A DNA stretch of 64,000 nucleotides from an uncultured virus (IMG/VR IMGVR_UViG_3300029922_000018). Lineage: Duplodnaviria > Heunggongvirae > Uroviricota > Caudoviricetes. Position 1 is the first letter of the stretch, and every line of letters starts with the position of its first letter. Both the position numbers and the translations under genes were made by a program. The notes below the pieces were generated by a model. That model was not told where the DNA came from, made no database searches, and saw nothing but the letters and a program-made list of their open reading frames with translations. Below, piece by piece: positions 63,384 to 64,000 of this stretch. The stretch lies in IMG/VR virus record IMGVR_UViG_3300029922_000018; one strand, 5' to 3'.

Positions 63384-64000
63384 ATTATCCAATTAGCATA
63401 TGCATTCCAACGTTCAAAGAACCGGAATATCTTGACCTTACGATTCAATCTGCAATAGATGGACAGGTAAATAATAACGAATATGTAATTACTATAGATG
63501 GAACATATACCGAAAATAAATGGGTATTAGATAAGTGGAAAAATAAAATAAAACCGGTTATATTCGAACAAATCATGGGGCAATCAGTGGCTACCAACTA
63601 TTCGGTATATAACGCATCAAATGATAATGTATTTATATGCAATGATGACCAAGTTTTTCCAAAGGATTGGGATATTAATCTATTAGATGGATATAATCCG
63701 GCAGTAGATGTAATGACTGCTAATCAAATAGAACCTTATGATTCGATGTTTAACCAATTCATAAAACATGATTTTGGACGAACGGCTGCTACGTTTGATA
63801 TGGAAATGTTTTATAAATTTGAGCCTACATTCAGAAAAAATAAAATTGATGATAGTGGGTCTACATTACCATATTTAATATCTAAAATCAACTACTTGAA
63901 AACCGGTGGATGGTCAGACTTCCCCAGTGGGCATGTGGTTGACTGGGAATGTATGTTAAAATATCAATTATGTGGTTTAAAAATGAAAAGAAACTATATG
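63380..64000 (+). CDS. Glycosyltransferase family 2 (partial, runs off window)
   Basis: Hand translation MNYPISICIPTFKEPEYLDLTIQSA...YIDG...CNDDQVF. Confidence 0.8.
   Translation, partial: MNYPISICIPTFKEPEYLDLTIQSAIDGQVNNNEYVITIDGTYTENKWVLDKWKNKIKPVIFEQIMGQSVATNYSVYNASNDNVFICNDDQVFPKDWDINLLDGYNPAVDVMTANQIEPYDSMFNQFIKHDFGRTAATFDMEMFYKFEPTFRKNKIDDSGSTLPYLISKINYLKTGGWSDFPSGHVVDWECMLKYQLCGLKMKRNYM

Noticed and set aside
1..64000. Stop-codon reassignment as seen in some large phages
   Set aside because: Polymerase, helicase, clamp loader and Gmd are full length in the standard code, and genes end in TAA, TAG and TGA.
1..64000. CRISPR array, tRNA or rRNA genes
   Set aside because: No regularly spaced repeats or cloverleaf signatures were seen and intergenic gaps are short; a covariance-model search was not possible.

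Overview
AT-rich (standard genetic code) segment of a large T4-like/jumbo dsDNA bacteriophage. It carries a replication module (family B DNA polymerase, sliding clamp, clamp loader, SNF2 helicase, RecB-like nuclease), nucleotide/NAD metabolism genes (DHFR, dUTPase, dCMP-deaminase-like, CinA-like/NadD-like fusion), a WGR-PARP, RNA-repair enzymes, GroES, a ~13 kb glycosyltransferase/methyltransferase/Gmd cluster and many small ORFs behind TTGACA-N16-TATACT promoters sitting almost directly on the ATG. The most striking feature is a dispersed family of nine free-standing homing-endonuclease cassettes. In each, a short basic 'MGRKK...RYY...(K/E)RM.xYW' ORF of 46-55 codons, mostly below the ORF-track cutoff, overlaps the 5' end of the nuclease gene. 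The nuclease is in the +1 frame in eight copies and fused in frame in one decayed copy. The nucleases belong to three unrelated superfamilies (GIY-YIG, Zn-ribbon Vsr/DUF559-like, HNH). One cassette is flanked by a synonymously recoded duplicate of its neighbour gene's 3' end. A fibronectin-III gene hints at a Verrucomicrobiota host. No tRNA, rRNA or CRISPR array was recognised. All family names are from motif recognition by eye, not from searches.
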